This document shows positions 51,033 through 62,059 of a stretch of DNA of 64,000 nucleotides, in pieces (position 1 is the first letter of the stretch; each line of letters starts with the position of its first letter). Under the pieces are notes generated by a model, which was not told where the DNA came from, did not search any database, and saw only the letters and a list, made by a program, of their open reading frames with translations. The position numbers and the translations under genes are program-made. Source of the DNA: an uncultured Bacillota bacterium (lineage in GTDB: Bacteria; Sysuimicrobiota; Sysuimicrobiia; Sysuimicrobiales; Segetimicrobiaceae); assembly GCA_963804645.1 (NCBI GenBank), contig CAWDRG010000004.1, forward strand, positions 96,001-160,000, written 5' to 3'.

Positions 51033-52643
51033 ATGCGATTTGTTCGGGCCGGGCTCGTGTGTGGAGTGGTGCTTACGTTTGCGCTGATCAGTTTGCTCCC
51101 GCTCTCGTCTCTCGGCGCCGCCAGCGACGCGAACCAGACGCTCGTGGTGGCGGTTTCCCGCGACATGCAGAACCTCGACCCGACGAACGCTTCCTCGGAT
51201 CCCTTTACGCTCGAGACCCTGACCAACATCTACGCGTGGCTGATCGACTTCAAACTCGTCAAGCAGGCGGATGGCGAGACGATCGGCTCCCCGAACGAGT
51301 TCGTCGGCGGGCTCGCGCAATCGTTCCAGTTCACAGATGGCGGCCGGAAGTTGATGGTGACGCTCCGTTCGAATCTCAAGTTCAGCGACGGCGACCCGCT
51401 GGACGCGAACGCCGTGAAGTTCACGTACGACCGGCTGTTCGATCAGAACGCGACGACCGCGGCGCTCTCCCGCATGGCGAAGATCATGAACAAGGACTCG
51501 GTCAAGGTGATCGACGCCCGGACGGTGGAATTCGACATCAGCGACCCGAACACGCTCGTGCTCGGCAACATGGCCCAGTACGGCCATTCGATCCTGAATC
51601 CGAACGTCGTTCGGCCCCACATGACCGCGGCCGACCCCTACGCGCATCAGTGGCTGCAGTCCAACACCAAGGGGACCGAGTCGGGTCCCTACGTGCTCGC
51701 GTCGTGGCAGCCGGGCGTCGAGTTCGTGTTCGCGCGGAACCCCTACTACTGGGGTCCGCCGGCGAGGATCGCGCGCGTCGTGTTCCGCATCGTGCCGGAT
51801 CCGTCGACCCGCCTTACCCTGCTCAAGAGTGGCGATGTCGATATCGCCCGGGATTTGGCGCCGCTTGACGAGGTAGAGCTTCTGCACGACGCCTCGGTCA
51901 CGGTGCACCGATTCCCGACGCGCATCACCTCGTATCTCGGGATGAATGCCAAGACCGCGCCCTTCGACAATCCCAAGGTGCGCCAGGCGATCTCGTGGGC
52001 AGTGCCGTACAACACGATCATTCACAACGTCATGGTGGGGTTTGCACGGCAGCTGACGAGCCCGGTGCCCGCAGGGATGCCGACCCACACCGATCAGTAC
52101 TTCCACTACCGGACCGATCCCGCGAAGGCCAAGCAGCTGCTGGCGGAGGCCGGATACCCGAACGGGCTCGGCGTCACGTTTACCTCGCGGGCCGACCTCG
52201 CGGAATCCCAAGGCATCGCGGTGTGGCTGAAGAGCGCCTTGGCGACGGCCGGGATCACCGTGACGATCGATGAGATGCAGGGTGCCGCGTTCACGGCCGC
52301 CCTGCAGCGGCATGATCTGGCGTTCTTCCACCAGCCCGGGTGGAACTCGATCAACAACGACCCGTTTTACCACCTGTACTGGTTGTTGCAGAGCGACTGC
52401 TGCGACTACACGAACTACCACAACGCGACCGTGGACGAGCTGATCACCAAGAACATCATCTCGACCGATCTGAAGGCGCGCGACGCGGCGTCCCACCAGA
52501 TTCAGCAGATCGCGATCGATGACGCCGCGTGGATCTTCCTCTACCAGCCGGACTTGGTGCTGGCCACCGGCAAGAACATCGGTGGCGTGATCCTGTACCC
52601 GGCCGACTACCGGTTCCGGTACTACTATATGACCAAGGAGTGA
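51033..52643 (+). CDS. ABC transporter substrate-binding protein (family 5)
   Basis: Signal peptide, NLDP, FSDG, SGPY, PFDN.KVRQA. Confidence 0.92.
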   Translation: MRFVRAGLVCGVVLTFALISLLPLSSLGAASDANQTLVVAVSRDMQNLDPTNASSDPFTLETLTNIYAWLIDFKLVKQADGETIGSPNEFVGGLAQSFQFTDGGRKLMVTLRSNLKFSDGDPLDANAVKFTYDRLFDQNATTAALSRMAKIMNKDSVKVIDARTVEFDISDPNTLVLGNMAQYGHSILNPNVVRPHMTAADPYAHQWLQSNTKGTESGPYVLASWQPGVEFVFARNPYYWGPPARIARVVFRIVPDPSTRLTLLKSGDVDIARDLAPLDEVELLHDASVTVHRFPTRITSYLGMNAKTAPFDNPKVRQAISWAVPYNTIIHNVMVGFARQLTSPVPAGMPTHTDQYFHYRTDPAKAKQLLAEAGYPNGLGVTFTSRADLAESQGIAVWLKSALATAGITVTIDEMQGAAFTAALQRHDLAFFHQPGWNSINNDPFYHLYWLLQSDCCDYTNYHNATVDELITKNIISTDLKARDAASHQIQQIAIDDAAWIFLYQPDLVLATGKNIGGVILYPADYRFRYYYMTKE

Positions 52644-52685
52644 CGGCGCCTCACGCGTCCGCTCCGGCTCGTCGTTCGACGCCTC

Positions 52686-53666
52686 ATGCTCGCGGTCCCC
52701 GTGCTCCTCGGGGTCACGCTGATCACGTTTGTCCTGACGCGTGTCCTCCCGGGTAGCCCGATCGACGCGATCGCCGGGCCGATGGCGACGCCGGCGCAGC
52801 GGCAGGCGCTGCTGGTGCAGTACGGCCTGAACCGCCCGCTGTGGGTTCAGTACGTCGCCTATCTCGGCGGCCTCGCGCACGGCGACCTCGGTAGTTCGTT
52901 CGTCACGAGCCATCCGGTCGCGTCCGACCTTGCCGCGTTCTTCCCGGCCACGATGGAGTTGACGACGTGGGCGATCATCGTGGCCGTCCTCGTCGGCGTG
53001 CCCCTCGGCGTGTGGGGAGCCGTGCGCCAGGGGTCATGGATCGATCACCTCACGCGCGTGCTCTCCGTCGCCGGCGTCGGACTCCCCGTGTTCTGGGTGA
53101 GCCTGGTGTTGATCTACCTGTGTTTTTATCGCTGGCACCTGGTGCCGCCCCCGATGGGGCGCCTCAGCCCCGAAATCACTCCCCCGCCGTCCGTCACCGG
53201 CTTCCTCGTGATCGACACGGCGCTCGCGGGTGACTGGCGCGCGTTCAGCGACGCGGTCCGGCAGCTGATCCTGCCGGTGGCCGTGCTGGCGTTCGCCGCC
53301 GTCGCGCCGCTCGCCCGGATGACGCGGACCAGCATGCTCGACGTGCTCGGGAGCGCGCACACGCGCGCCACGCGCGCGCTCGGGCTCCCGCCGCGCAGCG
53401 TCGTCTGGACGTACGCGTTCCGCAACGCGATCCTGCCCGTGCTCACGATGCTCGCGATCGTCTACGGCTTCCTGCTGGGGGGCTCCGTGCTCGTCGAGAC
53501 GCTGTTCGCGTGGCCGGGGATGGGCCGGTACGCGTTCAACGCGATCAGCGGCAACGACTACCCGGCCGTGCAGGGCTTCATCTTATACGCCACGGGCGTG
53601 TACCTCGCGATCTTTGTCGCGGTCGACGTCGTTTCGGCGCTGCTGGATCCCCGGATCGAGACATGA
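52686..53666 (+). CDS. ABC transporter permease (DppB-like)
   Basis: GDLG.S, PAT.EL, ETLFAWPG.G; true start may be slightly upstream. Confidence 0.92.
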   Translation: MLAVPVLLGVTLITFVLTRVLPGSPIDAIAGPMATPAQRQALLVQYGLNRPLWVQYVAYLGGLAHGDLGSSFVTSHPVASDLAAFFPATMELTTWAIIVAVLVGVPLGVWGAVRQGSWIDHLTRVLSVAGVGLPVFWVSLVLIYLCFYRWHLVPPPMGRLSPEITPPPSVTGFLVIDTALAGDWRAFSDAVRQLILPVAVLAFAAVAPLARMTRTSMLDVLGSAHTRATRALGLPPRSVVWTYAFRNAILPVLTMLAIVYGFLLGGSVLVETLFAWPGMGRYAFNAISGNDYPAVQGFILYATGVYLAIFVAVDVVSALLDPRIET

Positions 53667-54529
53667 GCGCGTCCAGCGAGGCGCGGGCGCACCCCCCACT
53701 CGGCGACGCCGTCTACCTGCTGCGCCGGAACCCGATCACGCTCGCCGGGATCGCGCTCATCGCGCTGATCGCACTCGCGGGCGTCGCGGCGCCGCTCATC
53801 GCGCCGGCGTCGCCGCTCGCCACGGATCCCTCGGCCGCGTTCCAGCCACCCAGCGTGCGCCACCTGATGGGGACCGACGAGTTTGGAGAGGACATCTGGT
53901 CGCGCGTGCTGTGGGGGGCCCGGGTCGATCTCACCATCGCGTTCGGCGCGGTGGCGATCGCGCTCGTCCTGGGTTGTGCGCTCGGGGCCGCTGCGGGGTT
54001 CTCGGGCCGCTGGACCGACGAGCTCGTCATGCGCGGGATGGACGTGCTGCAGGCGTTTCCCTCGTTCATCCTCGCGATGGGGATCGCCGCCGCGCTCGGG
54101 CCGAGCCTCCGCAACCTGATCATCTCCGTGGCGCTGATCAACGTCGCGGTGTACGCGCGGTTGATGCGCACGCGCCTCCTCGTCGTCAAGCAGGCGCTGT
54201 ACGCGACGGCGGCCCGGGGCGCCGGCAACCCCCCGTGGCGGGTGCTCGTGGTGCACCTGATCCCGAACTGTCTCACCCCGATCTTCGTGCAGTCGAGCTT
54301 GCAGTCCGGCTACGCGATTCTGACCGCGGCCGGGCTGTCCTTCATCGGGTTGGGCGTGCGGGTGCCCACGCCCGAGTGGGGCGTCATGGTGGCGATGGGC
54401 GTCGCCCGCATCACCATCGGCGCGTGGTGGGTGTCGTTCTTCCCGGGGATGTGCATCGGGCTCGCGGTGATGGCGTTCAACCTGATCGGCGACGGTCTCT
54501 CCGACCTGCTCGATCCCCAGCGGCGGTGA
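53663..54529 (+). CDS. ABC transporter permease (DppC-like)
   Basis: HLMGTD.FG.D, LSFIGLG, PEWG, GD.L.D.LDP. Confidence 0.92.
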   Translation: MSASSEARAHPPLGDAVYLLRRNPITLAGIALIALIALAGVAAPLIAPASPLATDPSAAFQPPSVRHLMGTDEFGEDIWSRVLWGARVDLTIAFGAVAIALVLGCALGAAAGFSGRWTDELVMRGMDVLQAFPSFILAMGIAAALGPSLRNLIISVALINVAVYARLMRTRLLVVKQALYATAARGAGNPPWRVLVVHLIPNCLTPIFVQSSLQSGYAILTAAGLSFIGLGVRVPTPEWGVMVAMGVARITIGAWWVSFFPGMCIGLAVMAFNLIGDGLSDLLDPQRR

Positions 54530-54532
54530 TCC

Positions 54533-55495
54533 GTGCTGACGGTCGACGCTCTGCGGGTGACGTTGCGGACGCGGCAGGGCGCTGTGCCGGCGCTGCACGG
54601 GGTCACCATGACCCTTGCGGAGGGTGCGGTGACGGGGCTGGTCGGGGAAAGCGGATGCGGGAAGACGCTTACCGCGCTCGCGATCATGCGCCTGCTGCCC
54701 GCGCCCGGGGAGATCTCCGGCGGGCACGTGTGGCTCGACGGCCGCGATCTGCTGACCCTTCCCGATCGGGCGATGGATCGCGTGCGCGGCGCCGAGATCG
54801 CGATGATCTTCCAGCAGCCGCGCGCCTCGCTCAATCCGGTGTTCCCGATCGCGTTCCAGCTCATCCACGTGCTGCGTCTGCACCGCGGGCTCTCGGCGCG
54901 CGCCGCGCGGGCCGAGGGCGAAGCGCTGCTGGCCCGTGTCGGCCTGCCCCGGCCCGACGCCGTGATGCGCGCGTATCCGCACCACCTGTCCGGGGGCATG
55001 TGCCAGCGGGTGATGATCGCGCTGGCGCTTGCGTGCCGATCACGGGTGCTCGTGGCGGACGAGCCCACGACCGCGCTCGATGTCACGGTCCAGTTGCAGA
55101 TCGTCGATCTGTTGCGCGGGTTGCAGCGTGAGCTCGGGCTCACCATCCTGCTGATCACGCACGACCTCGGGCTCGTCGCGGAGATGTGCGACCATGTCAA
55201 CGTGATGTACGCCGGGCGCATCGTCGAATCCGCACCCGTATCCCGGCTGTTTCGGCGGCCGGCGCATCCGTATACGCGGGGACTGATGGCGTCTCGGGTG
55301 CGCACCGGCAGCCGCGCGCTGCCGGTCGGCATTCCGGGACGGGTGCCGGAGCTCGCCCAGATGCCGACGGGGTGCCCGTTCCATCCCCGCTGTCCCTTGG
55401 TCGGCCCGGAGTGCGTGGAGCGGGACGCCGTCCCGGAACTGGTCGAGGACGGGCATGTCGTTCGGTGTCACCGCTGGCGGAGCGGAGCGGCGTAG
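54533..55495 (+). CDS. ABC transporter ATP-binding protein (DppD-like)
   Basis: GESGCGKT, LSGGM.QR, ADEPTTALD, HPYT, CPFHPRC. Confidence 0.95.
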   Translation: MLTVDALRVTLRTRQGAVPALHGVTMTLAEGAVTGLVGESGCGKTLTALAIMRLLPAPGEISGGHVWLDGRDLLTLPDRAMDRVRGAEIAMIFQQPRASLNPVFPIAFQLIHVLRLHRGLSARAARAEGEALLARVGLPRPDAVMRAYPHHLSGGMCQRVMIALALACRSRVLVADEPTTALDVTVQLQIVDLLRGLQRELGLTILLITHDLGLVAEMCDHVNVMYAGRIVESAPVSRLFRRPAHPYTRGLMASRVRTGSRALPVGIPGRVPELAQMPTGCPFHPRCPLVGPECVERDAVPELVEDGHVVRCHRWRSGAA

Positions 55496-56500
55496 GTGCT
55501 GCGGGTTGACGGCCTCGTCAAGCTGTACCCGGCGCGTGCGGCGGTTGGTCGCAGAGCGTCCGTGCTGCACGCCGTCGATCGTGTCGACCTGGAGATCGCG
55601 CCCGGGGAGACGCTCGGTTTGGTGGGCGAGTCGGGGAGTGGCAAGTCGACCACCGGGCGTTGCATTCTGCGGCTCGAGGAGCCCACCGCGGGCGAGGTGG
55701 TCCTGGACGGAACGTCGGTGACGCACGCCGCCTCCAGGCCGCTTCGCGCGCTGCGGCGCAGGATGCAGATGGTCTACCAGGACCCGCTCGATTCCCTTAA
55801 CCCCCGCATGCCCGTGGGCCGTCAAATCGCCGAGCCGATCTGGCTGTTCGGCCTCGCGCCGCGGCGGGGCGTCGAGCGCCGGGTCGCCGAGCTGCTCGGC
55901 CTCGTCGGCCTGTCGGCGGACGTGGCCCATCGGTATCCACACCAACTGTCGGGGGGGCAGCAGCAGCGCGTCGCGATCGCCCGCGCGCTCGCCCCCGAGC
56001 CGAACCTGCTGGTGCTCGACGAGCCAACGGCGTCACTGGACGTCTCCGTCCAGGCGCAGATCGTCCAGTTGCTGGCCGAGATCCAATCGCGCCGCGGTCT
56101 GGCGTATCTGCTGATCTCGCACGACCTGCCGCTTGTCAGCGTGCTTGCGCACCGCGTCGCCGTGATGTACCTGGGACAGATCGTCGAGGTCGCGACGGTA
56201 GAGGAGATCTTCCGGGCGCCCGCGCACCCGTACACGCGCGCGCTGCTGAGCGCCACCCCGAAGGACACGCCGGAACAGGACAAAGCCCGCATCCTGCTGC
56301 GCGGCGAGCCGACCTCGGCGATCGATCCGCCCGACACGTGCCGCCTCCATCCGCGCTGCCCGTTCGCCGCGGCGTCGTGTCTCGCCCGCCCGGCCGCGCT
56401 CGGCACCTACGCGCCGGGCCGGGCGGTCCGCTGCGTCCGCTTTCTCGACGAGCATCGGGACGGCGCGTGGGCGCCGACGCCGACCGTCCCCCCGGTCTAG
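55496..56500 (+). CDS. ABC transporter ATP-binding protein (DppF-like)
   Basis: GESGSGKST, LSGGQQQR, LDEP, HPYT. Confidence 0.95.
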   Translation: MLRVDGLVKLYPARAAVGRRASVLHAVDRVDLEIAPGETLGLVGESGSGKSTTGRCILRLEEPTAGEVVLDGTSVTHAASRPLRALRRRMQMVYQDPLDSLNPRMPVGRQIAEPIWLFGLAPRRGVERRVAELLGLVGLSADVAHRYPHQLSGGQQQRVAIARALAPEPNLLVLDEPTASLDVSVQAQIVQLLAEIQSRRGLAYLLISHDLPLVSVLAHRVAVMYLGQIVEVATVEEIFRAPAHPYTRALLSATPKDTPEQDKARILLRGEPTSAIDPPDTCRLHPRCPFAAASCLARPAALGTYAPGRAVRCVRFLDEHRDGAWAPTPTVPPV

Positions 56501-56892
56501 CGAGTCCCCGCGCCCAGGCGTTCGGGCCGCGCCCGCCCACGCGACCGGCCCCCGGGAGCGGTTCGGCCGCGCGCGTAATCAGATCGTGCACGTACCTGCA
56601 AGCGCACACCGCCGGGAGGTGCATCGATGCGCTGTCGTCCGTCCTCGAGTTTGTGACCGAACAGGCGCCGCTCCTCACGGAGTTGCGTGACCGCCTCTGG
56701 GACATGCCGGGTCAGAAGTCCGCAGGTAGTCGCCGCGGGATCGTCCACGCCGCCGCGCGCTGCGGCCGATCGGGACCGGACGCGGGAGGGCCTGACGGCT
56801 CGGCGGCGAACGAAACCGTGCGACCGGCTTCCCCTCCAGGCGGGGTCCCGCTGCTCTGCCGGACCGCCACCCCAGCGTACGTAGGGGGCGTC

Positions 56893-59019
56893 ATGTCGAC
56901 GGCTCCATATCGGATCGGACTGGACATCGGCGGCACGTTCACGGATCTCGTGCTGATCCATCCGTCCGGGACCCTGCGCGGCCACAAGATCCTCACGACA
57001 CCGCACGACCCTGCCGACGGGGCGCTGCGCGGCGTGCGCGAGCTGTGCGCGGCCGCCGGCATCACGCTCGGGGACGTCGGCGTCGTCATCCACGCCACCA
57101 CGCTCGTGACCAACGCGATCATCGAGCGTACCGGGGCGCGCACGGCGATGCTGTGTACCGACGGCTTCCGCGACATCTTGGAGATGGGCCGCGAGCAGCG
57201 CTACGATATCTACGACTTGTTTCTCCCGTACCCGGAGCCGGCGGCGCCCCGCCGCTGGCGCGTCGAAGTGCGCGAGCGCATCACCCGGGACGGCGACGTG
57301 CGCGTCCCGCTCGACCTGGACGGCCTCAGGACACAGGTGTCCCGGCTGGTCGCGCAGGGGGTCGAGGCGATCGCGGTGTGCTTCCTGCACGCCTACAAGA
57401 ATCCCGCGCACGAGCGCGCCGCGAAGGCGCTGATCGAGGCGGAGTTCCCGGACATTGCGGTGTCGATCAGCAGCGAGGTCAGCCCCGAAATCCGCGAGTA
57501 CGAGCGCGCGACGACGACGGCCCTGAACGCGTACGTGCAGCCGCTGCTGGCCCGCTACCTGGCCCACCTCGAGACCGCGCTCGCCGCCGGCGGCTTCGCC
57601 GGACAGTTTCTGCTGATGCTCTCCTCCGGGACGCTCACGACGGTGGAGGTGGCGCGCCGCTTTCCGGTGCGGCTGCTGGAGTCCGGCCCGGCCGCGGGGG
57701 CGCTCGTCGCGGGCTACCTCGGGGCGCGGATCGGCCGCCCGGACCTCGTCGCGTTTGACATGGGGGGCACCACCGCCAAGATCTCGCTCGTGCAGGACGG
57801 GCGGCCGCGCATCACCCCGATGATCGAGGTCGCGCGCACGCACCGGTTCAAGCCGGGCTCGGGCCTCCCGGTGCGGTCCACCGTCGTCGACATGATCGAG
57901 ATCGGAGCGGGCGGCGGCTCGATCGCGGACGTGGGGACGCTCGGGCAGTTGCGTGTCGGGCCGCAGAGCGCCGGCGCGGATCCGGGTCCGGCCTGCTACC
58001 GGCTGGGGGGGACGAGGGCGACGGTCACCGACGCGTGCGTGGTGCTGGGCTACTTCGACCCGCAGGCGTTCCTCGGCGGTACCATGCCGCTCGATGCGAC
58101 GGCGGCGCGCGACGCGGTGGCGCGCGCGGGCGAGCCGCTCGGGCTGGACGTCGTCGGGACCGCGTGGGGCATGTTCTTGATCGTTTGCGAGAATATGGCG
58201 CAGGCGGCGCGGCTGTACCTGATCGAACGCGGGCAGGACCCGCGGCGGTTCGCCCTGATGGGATTCGGCGGGGCCGGCCCGGCGACCGCGGCGCGCGTGG
58301 GCCGGCTGCTCGGGATGTCGGAGGTGCTCATCCCTCCAGCCTCCGGCCTCGCGTCGGCCCTCGGCCTGCTGGTCGCGCCGCCCGGGTTCGACTTCGGCCA
58401 GTCGCTCGCCGGAGGCCTCGAGGACCTCGACTATCCGGCGGTGGAGGCCCTGCTGGCCGAGATGGAAACGCGGGGCCGGGAGATGGCGGTCGCGGCGGGC
58501 GCACCGCCGCACGCGATCCGCCAGGAGCGCCGCGCCGAGATGCGCTACGCGGGGCAGTTCCAGGACATCGAGATCCCGGTCCCCCGGCCGCTCGCTCAGG
58601 ACGCCGCGGCGCGGCTGAAGGCGAACTTTGACCGCGGCTACACAGCGTCGTATGGTCTGTCCCTCGAGGGATATCCGGTGGAGGCGCTGAACTGGCGGGT
58701 GCTCGTCATGGGCCCCGCGCCGAACGTGGACCTGCGCGCCGGCTTCGGGCCGAGCGGCGGCGCCGATGTCCCGAAGGGACGGCGGCGGATCTACCTGCCG
58801 GACACGCGGGAGTTCGCCGAGGTGCCAGTGTACGATCGCGCCCGGCTGCACGCCCGGAGTGCCGTGGACGGCCCCGTGATCGTCCAGGAGCCCGAGGCGA
58901 CGACCGTGGTGTGGCCGGGTGACCGGCTCACCGTCGACCCGCACGGAAATCTCGTCATTCGCATCGGCGGCACCGCCGGGGCTCCCCCGGGGGCGCCGGG
59001 ACCGGAGGCGCCTCGATGA
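56893..59019 (+). CDS. hydantoinase/5-oxoprolinase A-type subunit (second copy)
   Basis: DIGGTFTD, HATTL.TNA, ESGPAAG, DMGGTTAK, GAGGGS. Confidence 0.93.
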   Translation: MSTAPYRIGLDIGGTFTDLVLIHPSGTLRGHKILTTPHDPADGALRGVRELCAAAGITLGDVGVVIHATTLVTNAIIERTGARTAMLCTDGFRDILEMGREQRYDIYDLFLPYPEPAAPRRWRVEVRERITRDGDVRVPLDLDGLRTQVSRLVAQGVEAIAVCFLHAYKNPAHERAAKALIEAEFPDIAVSISSEVSPEIREYERATTTALNAYVQPLLARYLAHLETALAAGGFAGQFLLMLSSGTLTTVEVARRFPVRLLESGPAAGALVAGYLGARIGRPDLVAFDMGGTTAKISLVQDGRPRITPMIEVARTHRFKPGSGLPVRSTVVDMIEIGAGGGSIADVGTLGQLRVGPQSAGADPGPACYRLGGTRATVTDACVVLGYFDPQAFLGGTMPLDATAARDAVARAGEPLGLDVVGTAWGMFLIVCENMAQAARLYLIERGQDPRRFALMGFGGAGPATAARVGRLLGMSEVLIPPASGLASALGLLVAPPGFDFGQSLAGGLEDLDYPAVEALLAEMETRGREMAVAAGAPPHAIRQERRAEMRYAGQFQDIEIPVPRPLAQDAAARLKANFDRGYTASYGLSLEGYPVEALNWRVLVMGPAPNVDLRAGFGPSGGADVPKGRRRIYLPDTREFAEVPVYDRARLHARSAVDGPVIVQEPEATTVVWPGDRLTVDPHGNLVIRIGGTAGAPPGAPGPEAPR

Positions 59020-60899
59020 CCGCGTTCGACCCGGTGTCGCTCGAGATCATGTGGAGCCGGCTCATCAACATCGTCGAGGAGTGCTGGGTCACGCTGTGGC
59101 GGACGTCGTTCTCCACGATCATCGGCGAGGTTAACGACTTCGGGTGCCAGCTGATGGACGCCCGTGGGAACTCCATCGTGCACTCGCCGCGCTCGATGCC
59201 GGTGTTCAACCTCGTGATGCCGGGCATGGCCAAGATGCTGCTGGGTGTCTTCCCGCCGGAGACGATGTGCGACGGGGACGTGTTCATCTGCAACGACCCG
59301 TGGGTTGGCCCCGGCCACCTCTTCGATATCGCCGTCGTGACGCCGGCGTTCCGAGCGGGACGGCTCGCCGCGCTGGTGGGGTCGATGGCGCACTGCTCCG
59401 ACATCGGCGGGACTAAGGACTCGGGGCAGGCGCGCGAGATCTACGACGAGGGCCTGCAGATCCCGCCGCTCCGGTTGTACCGCGCCGGGCAGCTGAACGA
59501 GGACCTCACGCAGCTGATCGGCCGGAACGTCCGCAACCCCGCGATGGTGCTGGGGGACATCCAAGCTCAGGTCAGCAGCAACCGCGTGGGCGCGCGGCGG
59601 CTGCCCGAGTTCATGGACGAGTATGGGCTCGCCTCGCTCGCGCCGCTCGCCCACGAGGTGCAGACTCGGTCCGAACGGGCGATGCGGCAGGCCATCGCGG
59701 CGATTCCGGACGGGGTCTACCGCAGCGAGGTCGACGTCCCCGTCGCGGGCGAGCGCCTGCGGCTCCCCTGCGCCGTGCGCGTCGAGGGCGACGACCTGAC
59801 CGTCGATTTCGAGGGCGCGCCGCCCCAGGCGCCGCGGGGAGCGGTGAACTGCACCCTGACCTACACCACCGCCCACAGCGTCTATGCGGTGAAATCGATC
59901 CTGACGCCCGAGACGCCGTCGAACGCCGACTGCTTCGGCCCGCTGCACGTGCGCGCACCCGAGGGCAGCATTCTGAACTGCCGGTATCCGGCCGCCGTGA
60001 ACCAGCGGACGATGGTGGGTTGGTTCTGCGGGCCGGCGGTGTTTCGGGCGCTCGCGCCGGTGCTGCCGCGCAGGGTCCAGGCGTTCACCGGGCTGCCCGC
60101 GGTGTTCAGCGCGTACGGGCGGGACCGCGCCGGCCGGGTCTTCAACAGCCACTACATGTTCGGGGGCGGCCAGGGCGCGAGCCACCACGGCGACGGCCGC
60201 TCCGCCTGGATGTACCCGACCTCGGCGTGCAACGCGGCCGTCGAGGTGTTCGAGCAGCGCACACCGGTCCTGATCGAACGGAAGGATCTGATCCCGGATT
60301 CGGGTGGCGACGGACACCACCGCGGCGGAGCTGGGCAGCGGATGGTGATCCGAAAACTGTACAACGACGGCCTCTCGGTGTTCCTGAATGTGCTGCCCCA
60401 CGCGACCGGGTGGGGCATGCAGGGGCTGCTCGGGGGCGGTGCCGGCCGCGACGGGGGCTGCTACCGGAACGAGATCCCGGTGGACGCGAAACTCGGGATG
60501 AGTGTGTTCTTGGAGCTGCGGGACCCGAAGGATACGGTCGCGGTGGAGGCGAGCGGAGGCAGCGGCTACGGGGACCCAACAACGCGTCCCCTTGACCTCA
60601 TCCGGCGGGACCGTGAAGAAGGATACGTGCAGGCACCGGAGGCGTCCGGGAGCGCCGCCGAGCCGGTGCTGTCGGCGAGTACGAAGGGACGGGCTGCGCG
60701 CACGGCCGCCGACTCAGACCCGCGAAGACGAACGCCTCCAGACGAATGCGGCGGTCGGGGCGCTGATCCGGAATCGCCCGGACACGGGGGGACGCACTCC
60801 GCGCTAGAGAACGAAACAAACCAGTGTACGATGCCACCCGGCGTGCAGGGCGCGCGGGTGTGCGAGCGCGTCCCACACCGGGGCGCCCGCCCACGGTGA
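59016..60899 (+). CDS. hydantoinase B/oxoprolinase subunit (second copy; C-terminal tail may run into IS-derived DNA)
   Basis: DP.SLEIMWSRL, NDPW..GHL.D, H..DIGG, EGLQIPP; the typical D..EGYV end is followed by about 90 extra residues. Confidence 0.9.
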   Translation: MTAFDPVSLEIMWSRLINIVEECWVTLWRTSFSTIIGEVNDFGCQLMDARGNSIVHSPRSMPVFNLVMPGMAKMLLGVFPPETMCDGDVFICNDPWVGPGHLFDIAVVTPAFRAGRLAALVGSMAHCSDIGGTKDSGQAREIYDEGLQIPPLRLYRAGQLNEDLTQLIGRNVRNPAMVLGDIQAQVSSNRVGARRLPEFMDEYGLASLAPLAHEVQTRSERAMRQAIAAIPDGVYRSEVDVPVAGERLRLPCAVRVEGDDLTVDFEGAPPQAPRGAVNCTLTYTTAHSVYAVKSILTPETPSNADCFGPLHVRAPEGSILNCRYPAAVNQRTMVGWFCGPAVFRALAPVLPRRVQAFTGLPAVFSAYGRDRAGRVFNSHYMFGGGQGASHHGDGRSAWMYPTSACNAAVEVFEQRTPVLIERKDLIPDSGGDGHHRGGAGQRMVIRKLYNDGLSVFLNVLPHATGWGMQGLLGGGAGRDGGCYRNEIPVDAKLGMSVFLELRDPKDTVAVEASGGSGYGDPTTRPLDLIRRDREEGYVQAPEASGSAAEPVLSASTKGRAARTAADSDPRRRTPPDECGGRGADPESPGHGGTHSALENETNQCTMPPGVQGARVCERVPHRGARPR

Positions 60900-61380
60900 C
60901 GGGCCGCAGCGGCAGACGCTCACCCGCTGGATCCTCCGCGGCCCACAGGCATTCGGCTATCCCACGGCCCTCTGGACCTGTCGTCGGATCATGCAACTCA
61001 TTCGGGACCGCTTCCACGTCGTGTATCATCCGGATCATGTGGCCCGGCTCCTCCGAGCCTGCGGGTTCACCCCACAACGCCCCCAACGTACGGCCAAGGA
61101 GCGCGTCGATCAACGGATTCGGTTCTGGCTCCAGCACGACTGGGTCCAGGCTAAAAGACTTTCCCGGCTCCGCGCGCGACTGATCTGCTTGGATGAAACG
61201 GGCTTCTTGATGGCGCCGCTGCTCCGCCGCACGTGGGTGCTCCGTGGAAACACCCCCATGTTGCCGCTCCGGACGCGCGCCCACGAGAAGGTCTCCGCGA
61301 TCGGCGCGCTCGTGGCCTCGCCCCGCCGCCAGATCACCTCGTGTCTGGCCCTTGATCCCGGTTTATACAGTATTCAATAA
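60805..61380 (+). pseudogene. IS630-family transposase remnant
   Basis: LWT...QLI..RF.V.YH..HV.RLL...GF.PQRP winged helix, then LDETGF...RRTW...G.TP; truncated before the rest of the DDE. Confidence 0.75.
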
Positions 61381-61479
61381 CATCCGCGAGCACGGTTGCG
61401 GACCTTACGACACGCGAAAACCAGCCAAGGTTCGTCTCGTAAATCCGAAGCGTCGCTGCTGAACATCCGTGTTGTTGGT

Positions 61480-62059
61480 TGGATCTTCCGAGGCTGGACT
61501 GGCGTCGTGGCCCATGCGTCGCAATCCGCCGACAGCGACGCGAAGGGCCTCCCGATGACCAAGGCCGAACCGAAGCGCGTGAAGCTCGCGCTCTATCAAG
61601 CTGCGGCGATTGCCCGGCAATGGGATCCGCAACTGGCCAAGGTCTACTACGATCAGATGGTTCACAGAGGTAATTCACATTACAAAGCGGTGGGTGCCGT
61701 GATGAGCCATCTCGCCTCACGTATTCACGCAGTGCTCAGTGAACAGCGCGACTACGCTTTAAAGGATGTCGACTGGCGCGAGGTCAGCGTGCGCGACGCG
61801 CGGGCCATCATCCTGACACAGTACCAGGTGCCTGAGGAGATCCGGGCTGCGCGCCGAGCAAGCAGAGGGCGGAAGAGATCGGCAGCTGCTCATCGAGGCA
61901 GCTCAGAGCGCCTCTTACGGCGATCGCCCACTTTCTCCCGCGCACATTCTGCTCGGCCCCAGGAGGTGGATCAAACCGGACCGGTGACGATCGCGCGCTG
62001 ATGACGTCATCTGAACGACCAAAATTGGTCCTGGGGGGTTGTTGACATGCATTAGGAAA
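61480..62059 (+). pseudogene. IS110-family transposase C-terminal remnant with right end
   Basis: MTK.....LALYQAA..AR..DP.L...Y.....RG..H.KA..AV...L..RI.AVL; ends GTTGACATGCATTAGGAAAT. Confidence 0.7.

Noticed and set aside
56500..56890. N-terminal extension of the second hydantoinase A (ORF from 56338)
   Set aside because: Homology starts at Met 56893, which has an SD-like GGGGG; the upstream part has no recognisable domain.
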